Of a stretch of DNA of 64,000 nucleotides, positions 25,516 through 35,160 are shown piece by piece. A program made the position numbers and the translations under genes. The DNA is from Sphingomonadaceae bacterium (GTDB lineage Bacteria > Pseudomonadota > Alphaproteobacteria > Sphingomonadales > Sphingomonadaceae), in NCBI GenBank assembly GCA_947463325.1, contig CANHQT010000010.1, positions 962 through 64,961 on the forward strand. Reading direction: 5' to 3'. How positions within the stretch are numbered: position 1 is the stretch's first letter; every line of letters begins with the position of its first letter. A model generated the notes under the pieces. That model was not told where the DNA came from, searched no databases, and saw only the letters and a list, made by a program, of their open reading frames with translations.

Positions 25516-26769
25516 ATGGCCGATACAACTGCCCTGATCGCCGAAATGGCCCGCGCTGCGCGCATCGCGGCGCGCACGCTGTCGGCCGCGCCGACCGAAG
25601 CGAAGGCAGCGGCGCTGCGATCGGCGGCACACAGGCTGCGGGCCAGCCGGGACGCGATCCTCGCCGCCAATGCCGAGGATATGGCGGCGGGTGAAGCGAA
25701 TGGCCTGTCCGGGGCGATGCTCGACCGGCTGCGGCTCGATGAAGGGCGTCTGGAGTCAATCGCTGCGGCGGTGGAGGTGGTTGCCGCGCTTCCCGATCCG
25801 GTGGGCAGCATCATCGACCGGTCAGTGCCCGCCAACGGTATTGCGCTCGAACGGGTGCGGGTGCCCTTGGGTGTCATCGGCATCATCTACGAAAGCCGCC
25901 CCAATGTGACGGCGGATGCGGCCGCGCTCGGCCTGATGGCAGGCAATGCCGTCATTCTGCGCGGCGGCAGCGAAGCGGTGCATTCGAACCGCGCCATCCA
26001 TACGGCGCTGGCGGATGGTATCCTGGCCGCCGGCCTTCCCGCCGATGCGGTGCAGCTGGTGCCGACGCAGGACCGTTCGGCGGTCGGCGCGATGCTCGGC
26101 GCCGCCGGCCTCCTCGACATTATCATCCCGCGCGGCGGCAAGAGCCTGGTCGCGCGCGTCCAATCCGAAGCGCGGGTGCCTGTGCTCGCGCACCTCGATG
26201 GCAACAATCATCTCTACATCGACCGTGCGGCCGATACGGAAATGGCACGCGCCATCGCGATCAATGCCAAGCTGCGCCGGACCGGCGTGTGCGGTTCGAC
26301 CGAGACCATTCTCATCGATCGTGCCTTTGCCCGCCCGCAGGAGATCGTCGGCGCCCTGCTCGATGCCGGGTGCGAGGTACGCGGGGATGCCGGTGCGGCC
26401 CGCCTCGACAGCCGGATCGTGCCCGCAACGCCGATCGACTGGGATACCGAATATCTCGATGCCATTGTCGCGGTCGCCATGGTCGACGGGGTCGAAGACG
26501 CCATCGCCCATATTGCCGCGCATTCGAGCCACCATACCGACGCCATCGTTACTGCCGACACGCAAGCGGCCGAACGATTCCTAGCCGAAGTCGACAGCGC
26601 CATCGTGCTGTGGAACGCATCCACCCAATATGCTGATGGCGGCGAATTCGGGCTGGGCGCGGAAATCGGCATTTCCACCGGCCGCCTCCATGCGCGCGGG
26701 CCGGTCGCGCTCGAAGGGCTGACCACGTACAAATGGGTCGGCCGTGGTCAGGGGCAATGTCGGCCTTGA
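25516..26769 (+). CDS. proA: glutamate-5-semialdehyde dehydrogenase (gamma-glutamyl phosphate reductase)
   Basis: 417 aa with typical ProA sequence (IIYESRPNVT..., CGSTETILID, HHTDAIVT...). Confidence 0.95.
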   Translation: MADTTALIAEMARAARIAARTLSAAPTEAKAAALRSAAHRLRASRDAILAANAEDMAAGEANGLSGAMLDRLRLDEGRLESIAAAVEVVAALPDPVGSIIDRSVPANGIALERVRVPLGVIGIIYESRPNVTADAAALGLMAGNAVILRGGSEAVHSNRAIHTALADGILAAGLPADAVQLVPTQDRSAVGAMLGAAGLLDIIIPRGGKSLVARVQSEARVPVLAHLDGNNHLYIDRAADTEMARAIAINAKLRRTGVCGSTETILIDRAFARPQEIVGALLDAGCEVRGDAGAARLDSRIVPATPIDWDTEYLDAIVAVAMVDGVEDAIAHIAAHSSHHTDAIVTADTQAAERFLAEVDSAIVLWNASTQYADGGEFGLGAEIGISTGRLHARGPVALEGLTTYKWVGRGQGQCRP

Positions 26770-27407
26770 CCACCACCGGCCTGCTTGGCGGCAGTTTCAA
26801 TCCCGCACATCCCGGGCATCGGGCGATCAGCCTTGCCTTCATGCGCGCGCTCGGGCTCGACGAGCTGTGGTGGCTGGTATCGCCGGGCAATCCCTTGAAG
26901 CCCAAGGCGGGCATGGCACCGCTCGCCGCGCGGCTGGCATCGGCGCAAGGCATGGCGCGGCGCAGCCCGATCCGGGCGACTGCGATCGAGGCCGAACTCG
27001 GCACGCGCTACACCGTCGATACGCTGCGCGCGCTGGTGCGCCGTTATCCGCAGCGCCGTTTCATCTGGCTGATGGGGGCAGACAATCTCGCCCAGATGCA
27101 CCGCTGGCGCGACTGGCGGGGGATTGCACGGCTGATGCCGATTGCGGTTGCGGCGCGACCCGGCTATGATGCGCATGCCCGCGCGGCCGTCGCGATGGGC
27201 TGGTTCCGGCCTTTCGTCCGGCCGGCGAGCCAAAGCAAACAATGGACGACATGGAGTATGCCGGCGCTCGTGTTGTTGCGCTTTCCGCCAGACCCGCATT
27301 CCGCGACTTTGATCCGGGCTGCCGATCCTGACTGGCACCGCCGCGTTATCCCGCGGCGACCGCGCGATCCACTCACCCGCCGCCTTCTCCCCGAGGAACA
27401 CTCTTGA
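26757..27407 (+). CDS. nadD: nicotinate-nucleotide adenylyltransferase
   Basis: GLLGGSFNPAHPGHRAIS (HxGH motif). It overlaps the proA stop. ATG 26757 is preferred over the track start at 26733. Confidence 0.9.
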   Translation: MSALTTTGLLGGSFNPAHPGHRAISLAFMRALGLDELWWLVSPGNPLKPKAGMAPLAARLASAQGMARRSPIRATAIEAELGTRYTVDTLRALVRRYPQRRFIWLMGADNLAQMHRWRDWRGIARLMPIAVAARPGYDAHARAAVAMGWFRPFVRPASQSKQWTTWSMPALVLLRFPPDPHSATLIRAADPDWHRRVIPRRPRDPLTRRLLPEEHS

Positions 27408-27805
27408 CCCCACATAGTGACGCTCCGGCCGGTTCGCCGGTCGCTGCCGACAGCGCGGTTCTGCATGATCTGGTGATGCATCAGCTCGATGAGGATCAGG
27501 CGATCGAAGTCGTGTCCATCCCGCTCGCCGGAATCAGCAGCATTGCTGATCATATGGTCATCGCCTCGGGCCGCTCCTCGCGTCATGTCGCGGCGATGGC
27601 GGAAAAGATTGCCAGCCGCATCAAGCAGGATCTGAAGGGCTCGGCGCGGGTCGAAGGGCTGCCGACCGCCGATTGGGTGCTGATCGATGCCGGCGACGTC
27701 ATCGTCCACCTGTTCCGTCCCGAAGTGCGCAGCTTCTACAATCTCGAACGCATGTGGGGCGGGGACAGCCTGTCGCCTGCCGGTGCCTCCAGCGCCGCCC
27801 ACTGA
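27404..27805 (+). CDS. rsfS: ribosome silencing factor RsfS
   Basis: ...IADHMVIASGRSSRHVAAMAEKI...DWVLIDAGDVIVHLFRPEVRSFYNLERMW, in the conserved nadD-rsfS-rlmH order. Confidence 0.9.
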   Translation: MTPHSDAPAGSPVAADSAVLHDLVMHQLDEDQAIEVVSIPLAGISSIADHMVIASGRSSRHVAAMAEKIASRIKQDLKGSARVEGLPTADWVLIDAGDVIVHLFRPEVRSFYNLERMWGGDSLSPAGASSAAH

Positions 27806-27817
27806 GCGGATCGGGCC

Positions 27818-28249
27818 ATGCGCATCCGCCTGATTGTGCGCGGGCGCATCGGCCGCGATCCCGAAGCGGAGATTGTCGACCGCTATCTCAAGCGCCTGCC
27901 GTGGGAATGCAGGGTCACCGAACTGCCCGATCGGGGCGGCGCGGGCATGCCCCCACGCGAGGGCCATGCGCGCACCATCCTGCTCGACGAGCGCGGAGAA
28001 ACGCTTGATAGCCCGGCGTTTGCGGCGCGCATCGGGCGCTGGCGGGACGAAGGTGTGCGCGAACTGCGCTTTGGCATCGGCGCAGCGGACGGGTTCACCC
28101 CGGACGAGCGGGCAGGCGCGGACATGCTGCTCTCGCTTGGCCGGATGACCTGGCCGCACATGCTCGCCCGCGCCATGCTCGCCGAACAATTGTGGCGCGC
28201 GAGCGCGATCCTCTCCGGCCACCCCTATCACCGCGCGGGGCAGGATTGA
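27818..28249 (+). CDS. rlmH: 23S rRNA (pseudouridine1915-N3)-methyltransferase RlmH
   Basis: 143-aa SPOUT-type sequence ending ...EQLWRASAILSGHPYHR. Confidence 0.95.
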   Translation: MRIRLIVRGRIGRDPEAEIVDRYLKRLPWECRVTELPDRGGAGMPPREGHARTILLDERGETLDSPAFAARIGRWRDEGVRELRFGIGAADGFTPDERAGADMLLSLGRMTWPHMLARAMLAEQLWRASAILSGHPYHRAGQD

Positions 28250-29448
28250 TGCGCCGCCTCGCTCTGTTCGCGTCCGTGCTGGGCCTCGCGCTGGTCGCGC
28301 CGGCCGCTGGTGCGCCTGTTGACGGTTTTGCCAACCAACTGGCCGCCGAACGCCGCGCGCTTGCTGCTGCCCGCGCGCAAGCGGCGGAGGCCGAGGCGCG
28401 GGCCGTGCAGCTTGATCGCGAGGCGCAGGGGCTACGCGACGCCGCTGCTCGTGACCGTGCTGCACTCACCCTCGTCGCAGCGCAGATCCAGGCGAGCGAG
28501 GCAGGGCTCGCCGTCATATCCTCCGAGGTAGCGTTGGTTGATCGCCTTCTGGCGGCGCAACGCGCCCGGCTTGCTGTGCAGCAGCGCCCGCTCGCCGAGC
28601 AACTGGCCGCGCTGCAACTGCTCGCCCGCCGCCCGCCGCTATCGCTGTTTGCCGAGCCCGGAACGGCGACTGACATCATCCATCAGCGCGCAGTGATTGA
28701 AGCGATATTGCCGGTGATCCGCGCGCGCACGGCGCACTTGCGGGATGAAATTGACCGTACGCGTCGGCTCGCCGCCGCTCGCCGAGCTGTGCTTGACCGA
28801 CAGGAAACGGCCAATGCCCGCCTTGTCGAACAACGGCGCGAGCTTGCGCGGCGTGAAGCCGAAGCCCGCCGGCAAGCGGCGTCAGCCGGCGTCTCTGCTG
28901 GTATGGAAGGGGATCGCGCTGTCGCGCTTGCCGAGGATGCGGGCGATATCGGCGCGCTCGTGGAACGGCTTGAGGATGCGGCAGTCGTGCGGGACCGGCT
29001 GGCGCGCTTGCCGGGGCCGGTGGCGCGACCGGGCAGCATGGCTGGTGATGGTGGCCCGCTCGCCACCAGTCCGGCCAGCCCTGCTTCGCCGCCCTATATC
29101 TTGCCCGTGGTTGGACGGATTGAGCGCGGCTTTGGCGATGTCAGCAGCGACGGCACCCGTTCGCGCGGGCTGACGCTGGTCGCCCCGGGTGGTGCACAGG
29201 TCGTTGCTCCGGCACGCGGGCGCGTGGTGTTTGCGGGTCCCTTCCGCAGCTTCGGGCGAATAGCCATTATCGATCATGGCGGCGGCTGGACCAGCCTTGT
29301 CACCGGCATGATTGCTGTTTCGGCGCGGGTCGGCGACACAGTGGATCAGGGCGCACCGCTCGGCCGGGCCGGGCCGGGGCAACCCCGTATCGCAGTCGAG
29401 CTGCGCCGTGCAGGTCGCCCGATCGATGTAGGCGCCCTCCTGTCCTGA
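28249..29448 (+). CDS. murein hydrolase activator EnvC-like protein (coiled coil + M23/LytM domain)
   Basis: Signal peptide MRRLALFASVLGLALVAPAAG, a long Ala/Arg/Glu-rich coiled coil and a C-terminal LytM domain (...IIDHGGGWTSLV...). ATG overlaps the rlmH stop. Confidence 0.85.
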   Translation: MRRLALFASVLGLALVAPAAGAPVDGFANQLAAERRALAAARAQAAEAEARAVQLDREAQGLRDAAARDRAALTLVAAQIQASEAGLAVISSEVALVDRLLAAQRARLAVQQRPLAEQLAALQLLARRPPLSLFAEPGTATDIIHQRAVIEAILPVIRARTAHLRDEIDRTRRLAAARRAVLDRQETANARLVEQRRELARREAEARRQAASAGVSAGMEGDRAVALAEDAGDIGALVERLEDAAVVRDRLARLPGPVARPGSMAGDGGPLATSPASPASPPYILPVVGRIERGFGDVSSDGTRSRGLTLVAPGGAQVVAPARGRVVFAGPFRSFGRIAIIDHGGGWTSLVTGMIAVSARVGDTVDQGAPLGRAGPGQPRIAVELRRAGRPIDVGALLS

Positions 29449-29562
29449 ATACGGGCGGGACATGGTTAAGTGCCCTTTGCTTCGCTGTTTAACCGACCTA
29501 TGTTTGATGGAGAGGTCTGCCTGCTGTCTTTCCAGCGGCGCGGACAATGCGGAGAGTTTTCA

Positions 29563-30966
29563 ATGGCCCGACCTTCCCCAGCCGCTCCTGCCAGCCGTTT
29601 GATGCGGCTTGCGCGCCCTGCGGCTGCCATGGCGATGGTGCTTGCGGTGCCACTGACCGCCAGCGCCATGGCTTCGGTCGAAAGTTCGACCCGCGCCGAG
29701 CTCGCCCGCTTCATGACCGTGTTCCAGGAGGTGAAGGCCAGCTATGTCGAGCCGGTCGATGACAGCCGCTTGGTCGAAGGCGCGATCGAAGGCATGCTCG
29801 CCGCGCTTGATCCGCATTCGGGCTATCTCGATGCCAGCGATTTCGCGCAGCTCAGGACGCAGACCGACGGTGAATATGGCGGGCTCGGCCTCTCCGTCAC
29901 GATGGAGGATGGCGCGGTAAAGGTGATCGCGCCGCAGGCCGGCACCCCGGCTGATCGTGCAGGCATCAAGGCGGGCGATTACATCACCCACATCGATGGC
30001 GAGCTCATCGTCGGCTACACCCTCGACGAGGCAGTCGAAAAGATGCGCGGCCAACCCGGCACCACTATTCGCCTGACGGTTGTGCGCCCTGGCCGAGATG
30101 CGCCGATCCAGACCAGCATCACCCGCGAAGTCATCGTGCTGCGGCCGGTGACCTGGGAAGTGAAGGACGGAATCGGCATCCTCAAGCTCAACACCTTCTC
30201 TGAAAATGCCGCGCGCGAATTGCGTGCCGCGATGGTCGCCGTTGAACGGTCGCTCGGGCGCAAGCCCACCGGATGGATTCTCGACATGCGCTCCAATCCG
30301 GGCGGGCTGCTGGATCAGGCGGTGGCGGTGAGCGATCTGTTCCTTGAGCGGGGCGAGATCGTTTCCCAGCGCGGTCGCCGCGCGAGCGACATCGAACGCT
30401 TTAGTGCGCGTCCGGGCGATGCGGCAGGCGGTCTTCCGGTCATCGCGCTGATTGATGCCGGATCGGCATCCGCAAGCGAGATCGTCGCCGGGGCGCTGCA
30501 GGATCATCACCGCGGCCTTGTCATGGGCGAAACCAGCTTCGGCAAGGGATCGGTGCAGACTGTGCTGCCGCTGTCAGAAACCAGTGCGCTCCGCCTTACC
30601 ACTGCCCGCTATTACACGCCGTCGGGTCGCTCGGTGCAGGAAGGGGGCATTGTGCCCGACATTCGTGTGCCCCAGATTTCCGATCCCGATTATCGCACCC
30701 GCCCGGTTTTCCGTGAGGCAGACCTGCGTCGCCACCTGACCAACGAGCGCGGCATTGAAAACCGTGCGGTGGAGGAAGATGCCGTCACTGATCCGCGGTT
30801 CAGCCAGACGGCGGAGCAGCTGCGCGAGCAGGGGATCGAGGATTTCCAGCTCCATTATGCCGCTCAGACCCTCGCCCGCCTCGCTCGCAACCCGCAGCTG
30901 GTCGCGGAATTGTCCGGGCGCCGTGCGGCTGCTGCGACACGCGTGCCGGTGCGTTCCAATCGCTGA
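29563..30966 (+). CDS. ctpA: S41 family carboxy-terminal processing peptidase
   Basis: PDZ segment (GTPADRAGIKAGDYITHIDG) and S41 catalytic region (LDMRSNPGGLL..., GSASASEIVAGALQD). ATG 29563 begins the signal peptide. Confidence 0.9.
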   Translation: MARPSPAAPASRLMRLARPAAAMAMVLAVPLTASAMASVESSTRAELARFMTVFQEVKASYVEPVDDSRLVEGAIEGMLAALDPHSGYLDASDFAQLRTQTDGEYGGLGLSVTMEDGAVKVIAPQAGTPADRAGIKAGDYITHIDGELIVGYTLDEAVEKMRGQPGTTIRLTVVRPGRDAPIQTSITREVIVLRPVTWEVKDGIGILKLNTFSENAARELRAAMVAVERSLGRKPTGWILDMRSNPGGLLDQAVAVSDLFLERGEIVSQRGRRASDIERFSARPGDAAGGLPVIALIDAGSASASEIVAGALQDHHRGLVMGETSFGKGSVQTVLPLSETSALRLTTARYYTPSGRSVQEGGIVPDIRVPQISDPDYRTRPVFREADLRRHLTNERGIENRAVEEDAVTDPRFSQTAEQLREQGIEDFQLHYAAQTLARLARNPQLVAELSGRRAAAATRVPVRSNR

Positions 30967-31019
30967 GGCCCATGTGAATTCATGTGACGATGGCCTGGTG
31001 ATGCGGTAACGGCGCAGCC

Positions 31020-31481
31020 ATGACTCGCTTTACGATTGCGCGTGCTCTGGCCCTCCTCATCCCTGCCGGATTGCTCGGCGGGGCGTTGGCCAGCCAATAT
31101 GTCTTCGGCCTGCCGCCGTGTGAAATGTGCCATTGGCAACGCTGGCCGCATTATGCCGCCCTCGTCCCCGCGCTCGGCGCATTCTTTGCACCCGAACAAT
31201 TGCGTAAGCTGCTGGTGATGCTCGCCGCACTGCTTGTCGCGGTGAGCGGGGCCATCGGCGCATTTCATGCCGGGGTTGAATATGGCTGGTGGCAGGGCGT
31301 GACCGCCTGTGCTTCTTCAGGGGCAACGACGCTGGAAGATTTGCTCAACGCCCCGCTGGTGCGCTGTGATGTCGCGCCCTGGACGTTGTTCGGCATCAGC
31401 CTTGCCGGATATAATGCAATCATCTCGCTCGGCGGCGCGACGGTCATCGGCTGGCTGGCGCTCGGAAAGGATCAGCCGTGA
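31020..31481 (+). CDS. disulfide bond formation protein B family protein
   Basis: 153 aa with 4 TM segments, a CEMC pair in the first loop and a second Cys pair (C...C) in the second loop. Confidence 0.8.
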   Translation: MTRFTIARALALLIPAGLLGGALASQYVFGLPPCEMCHWQRWPHYAALVPALGAFFAPEQLRKLLVMLAALLVAVSGAIGAFHAGVEYGWWQGVTACASSGATTLEDLLNAPLVRCDVAPWTLFGISLAGYNAIISLGGATVIGWLALGKDQP

Positions 31482-32011
31482 AAGCCCATCGTCCCCCCAG
31501 CGAACGTGCGCGCCGCGCCATGATCCGCGTCGATCAGGCGGGCGAATATGGCGCGACCCGCATTTATGCCGGGCAGCTCGCGGTGCTTGGTGCGTCCGGC
31601 CCCGGGGCCAAGGACATTGCGCATATGGCGGAACAGGAACGCCGCCATCTGGAATGGTTCAATGCCGCGATGGCGCGGCGTGGCGTGCGGCCGACGCTGC
31701 TCCAGCCCTTGTGGCATGTCGCTGGCTTTGGCCTTGGCGCTGCCACCGCAGCGATCGGGCCGGAGGCGGCGATGGCCTGCACCGTTGCTGTCGAGACCGA
31801 GATTGACCGGCATTATGCGCAGCAGCTCGAGGAGCTGGGCGACAGTGATCCGGAACTATCCGCTGCGATAAGCGATTTCCGTGAAGAAGAGCTGGAGCAT
31901 CGCGACCATGCGTTGGAGGCGGGTGCGGAGCGTGCGCCGGCCTATCCTTTGCTCTCTCTGGCTATCCGTGCTGCCTGCCGGCTTGCCATCGCGACCTCGC
32001 AGCGTATCTGA
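31478..32011 (+). CDS. coq7: 2-polyprenyl-3-methyl-6-methoxy-1,4-benzoquinone monooxygenase (Coq7 family)
   Basis: Di-iron carboxylate motifs (RVDQAGEYGA, EQERRHL, EEELEHRD), 177 aa. Confidence 0.9.
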   Translation: MKAHRPPSERARRAMIRVDQAGEYGATRIYAGQLAVLGASGPGAKDIAHMAEQERRHLEWFNAAMARRGVRPTLLQPLWHVAGFGLGAATAAIGPEAAMACTVAVETEIDRHYAQQLEELGDSDPELSAAISDFREEELEHRDHALEAGAERAPAYPLLSLAIRAACRLAIATSQRI

Positions 32012-32065
32012 TTGCCAACCTCCGCGTTCAGGCGCGGTCAAGCTCTGAAGGGACAGGGTCCGCCC

Positions 32066-32641
32066 ATGTCGAGGATATTCATTGCCGCTGCCGCGCTCGC
32101 CGCGCTCGCCCCTGTCCCTGCGCTGGCACAGGCCGGGTCCACTGCCCCTGCCGGAGAGCGCGTCAATCAAGTCATCGTCTATGGCGATGATCCTTGCCCG
32201 CAGGCCGAGGGTGACGAGATTGTCGTGTGCGGTCGCCTTGATGAAGGCGAACGCTATCGCATTCCCGAACCGCTGCGCGGCAACCCCAATGATCCGCGCC
32301 GCGAAAGCTGGACTGCGCGCGTGCGTTCAGTCGAGCGCATCGGCCGGTTCGGTACCGACAGCTGCTCACCCGCTGGCCTTGGCGGCTTCACCGGCTGCCT
32401 CAATCAGCTGGTCGACAATGCCTATGCCGAACGGGCGCAGGCCGCCGGTACGGATTGGACGACCGCAGTTGCCGACGCCCGGCGCGAACGGATGGAAGGC
32501 TTTGACGCGGCCGCCCGCGAGGTCGAGGAACAGATCGCACGGGACGAAGCCGCCCGTGTTGCCCGCGCACAGCAGGCCGAGGCCGAGGCCGAAGGCGTCG
32601 ACGCCGAGCCGCTGCCCCAGCCCGTTCCCCCGCCGCAGTAA
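32066..32641 (+). CDS. exported hypothetical protein
   Basis: Signal peptide MSRIFIAAAALAALAPVPALAQA, four Cys residues and a charged C-terminal tail. No family recognised. Confidence 0.6.
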   Translation: MSRIFIAAAALAALAPVPALAQAGSTAPAGERVNQVIVYGDDPCPQAEGDEIVVCGRLDEGERYRIPEPLRGNPNDPRRESWTARVRSVERIGRFGTDSCSPAGLGGFTGCLNQLVDNAYAERAQAAGTDWTTAVADARRERMEGFDAAAREVEEQIARDEAARVARAQQAEAEAEGVDAEPLPQPVPPPQ

Positions 32642-32644
32642 CGC

Positions 32645-34423
32645 CTAGTCCGCAGCGCCAGCGCGGCTCGCGATCCACTCGCTGACCTGCGCTTCCAGCA
32701 CGTCGAGCGGCACCGCCCCTTGCGCGAGCACGGCATCGTGAAAGGCGCGGATGTCGAACCGTGCGCCCAGCTCGCGTTCTGCGCGCTCGCGCAGCGCGCG
32801 GATGCGCAGTTCGCCGATCTTGTAGCCCAGCGCTTGGCCCGGCCAGCTGATGTAACGGTTCACCTCGGCATCGATATTGGCTTCGGATAGCGCGCTATTT
32901 TCACGCATGAAGGCGACGGCTTGCTCCTTGCTCCAGCCCTTGGCGTGGATCCCGGTATCGACCACGAGCCGGCACGCGCGCCACATTTCGTAGGACAGGC
33001 GGCCCATGTCAGTCGCTGGCGTGTCGTAAAGGCCCATTTCGATGCCCAGCCGCTCAGTATAAAGCGCCCAGCCTTCGACGAAGGCGGTGAAACCGGTGAA
33101 GTTGCGCCGCCACATCGGGATATCCAGTTCCTGCTGCAGCGAAATCTGGTGATGGTGGCCGGGCACTGCTTCATGCAGCGACAGGGCGGGAATTTCCCAT
33201 AACGGCCGCTGGTCGAGCTTCGATGTGTTCACATAATAGGTGCCGGCAATCCCGGCGCTGAGGCTGCCTTGCGAATAATAAGCGGTGGTTGTGCCCTCGG
33301 CGATCTCCGCAGGGATTTCGCGCAGCGTATAGGGCAGGCGGGGCAGCCGGCCGAACAGGCGTGGCATATGCCCGTCGATGGTGCGGGTGATACGCGCCGT
33401 GCGCATCATCAGCTCCTCTGGCGTCCGCGCGTAATGGACCGGATTGGTGCGCAGGTCAGCGATGAACGCTTCACGGCTAGCAAAGCCGGCGCGCGCCGCC
33501 ACTTGCTCCATCTCGGCGCGGATGCGGGCCACCTCGGATAGGCCGAGCTGGTGGATCTCCTCCGCGCTCATGCCCGTCGTCGTTTCCTGCCGGATGCGGA
33601 AGTCATAATAGTCCGCGCCGGAGGGTTGGGCGGAAATGCCCGGCTGTGCTGTGCAGCTCGGCAGATAATCGCGGGTCAGGAAATCCCGGTGCCGGGCAAG
33701 TGCAGGGAACACCGCCCCGGCGATCACGCGCCGTGCTTCGGCCTGCAGCGCTGCCCAGGCCGTTTCGTCGACATCGACGGGGCGAGCACGTGTGAAGGGG
33801 GCGTAGTAGCGGGACGCCTCGGGCGTATCGGTGATCAAGCCGGCGACGGATCGCTCGATATTGCCCAACACCATGCAGGGCAGCACATGCCCTTCGCGCA
33901 CTCCCCTTGCGGTGATTGCCAGAGCCTCATCGCTCAGCGCCGGATATTGCGCCAGCCGGTCGAGATAGCTGCGATAGTCAGCAGCGTTTGAGAAAGGCGA
34001 GCTGTTCGCGAGGCCCGCGTAGCTTTGGTGCCAACCGGCATAGGTGGTGAACAGCATCATGCGCTGCGGGTAGCGGTTGCCCTCCACGGTTTCGGAGAGC
34101 TGGCGATGCATGATCGCGCGGTTGGTGCGCAGCGCCGGGGTCAAGGCGTCCGCCGGTACCGCGTCGAGCCGCGCCAGCATGGCTGCAGCCTCTGCGGCCC
34201 GCCGGTCCATTGCTGCGAGGCTGATGTCCGAAATCCGCCCATCATGCTCCCGCACGCCCAGCGCGGAGGCATATTCCGGGCTCTCGCGCAGCAACCAAGT
34301 CTCATAGTCGCGTTCAATGGCCGCATAATCCTCGGCCGGGCCGGCGATGGCCGGGGAGGGTAGAGCGATGGCCAGCGTAGCGGCCATGGCGAGGCCGAAC
34401 AGGGATTGGCGGCGGATGAGCAT
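32645..34423 (-). CDS. DUF885 family exported protein (putative metallopeptidase-like)
   Basis: Signal peptide MLIRRQSLFGLAMAATLAIALPSPAIAG. HEAVPGHH and EGWALY segments are typical of DUF885. ATG 34423 is preferred over the track start at 34711. Confidence 0.8.
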   Translation of the reverse strand: MLIRRQSLFGLAMAATLAIALPSPAIAGPAEDYAAIERDYETWLLRESPEYASALGVREHDGRISDISLAAMDRRAAEAAAMLARLDAVPADALTPALRTNRAIMHRQLSETVEGNRYPQRMMLFTTYAGWHQSYAGLANSSPFSNAADYRSYLDRLAQYPALSDEALAITARGVREGHVLPCMVLGNIERSVAGLITDTPEASRYYAPFTRARPVDVDETAWAALQAEARRVIAGAVFPALARHRDFLTRDYLPSCTAQPGISAQPSGADYYDFRIRQETTTGMSAEEIHQLGLSEVARIRAEMEQVAARAGFASREAFIADLRTNPVHYARTPEELMMRTARITRTIDGHMPRLFGRLPRLPYTLREIPAEIAEGTTTAYYSQGSLSAGIAGTYYVNTSKLDQRPLWEIPALSLHEAVPGHHHQISLQQELDIPMWRRNFTGFTAFVEGWALYTERLGIEMGLYDTPATDMGRLSYEMWRACRLVVDTGIHAKGWSKEQAVAFMRENSALSEANIDAEVNRYISWPGQALGYKIGELRIRALRERAERELGARFDIRAFHDAVLAQGAVPLDVLEAQVSEWIASRAGAAD

Positions 34424-34727
34424 GATGGAGCTTTCCCGATCTGGTGAGAGCGCGAAACTAGCAGCCTTCATGCCGCTGCCAAGACTTGCAAATGATGCGC
34501 GCGACTCGGAGAAGCCATTACTGGCTGAAATGCTGGAATTCCCTCGCGATTGGCCCTGAATCAGAGTTGGCCGCTGCCGGTTCCTGCGAATTGCCAATAT
34601 TGAATCGATGAGTCGTTTTACAGCTACGACGAATCGAGTTGCCCATCGCCCGACTAAATTGACGTCACGCGCAAGTCGTGGATTCCTGTAGGTAACTCCA
34701 AATTGGACCAATGGGCAGGGGTCGCCA

Positions 34728-35129
34728 ATGGCCAGTGTTTTCCCGAGTGCGCGGGTTCATCCGCGCGTCACCACGCCTGTTTCCGCGCCGTCGCTGGCGC
34801 GCGCCATGTCTTGGCACGCGTCGGGCGCGTTGATGCTTTTTGCGCTGATGCAAATTGCTGGTCTGTTTCTGATCGCCGATGCCGCGCATGGCCCCTTGCC
34901 CTTCATCGCATTGGCGTTCGTCGTGCTTGGCGCTGTCCCCTATGCACGCCGTCTTGAACGACGCTGGGCCCGGCTTGCCGATACCGCGCTGCCGTCCGAT
35001 GGGCTGATCAACCGGTTTCGCAATGACCGCGCCCGGCTGTGGCGGCTGGCGCTGGTTGTCCCGCCGCTGTGGCTCGGTGCATCGGTGCTGATGTCGGAAA
35101 CGGCCGTCGCCGCTACCGCTGTATTTTGA
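34728..35129 (+). CDS. hypothetical membrane protein
   Basis: 133 aa with three hydrophobic segments. No family recognised. Confidence 0.5.
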   Translation: MASVFPSARVHPRVTTPVSAPSLARAMSWHASGALMLFALMQIAGLFLIADAAHGPLPFIALAFVVLGAVPYARRLERRWARLADTALPSDGLINRFRNDRARLWRLALVVPPLWLGASVLMSETAVAATAVF

Positions 35130-35160
35130 CGCAAGGGCTCGCCCACCCTATCTGGGGGGG

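Noticed and set aside
34440-34490. A sigma-54-like TGGCAG-N5-TGAA upstream of the DUF885 gene, in the 300-bp, slightly AT-richer intergenic region 34424-34727.
   Set aside because: The -12 element does not match TTGC and no enhancer-binding protein gene is nearby. The region is more simply a divergent promoter space. No convincing small ORF or structured RNA was found by eye.
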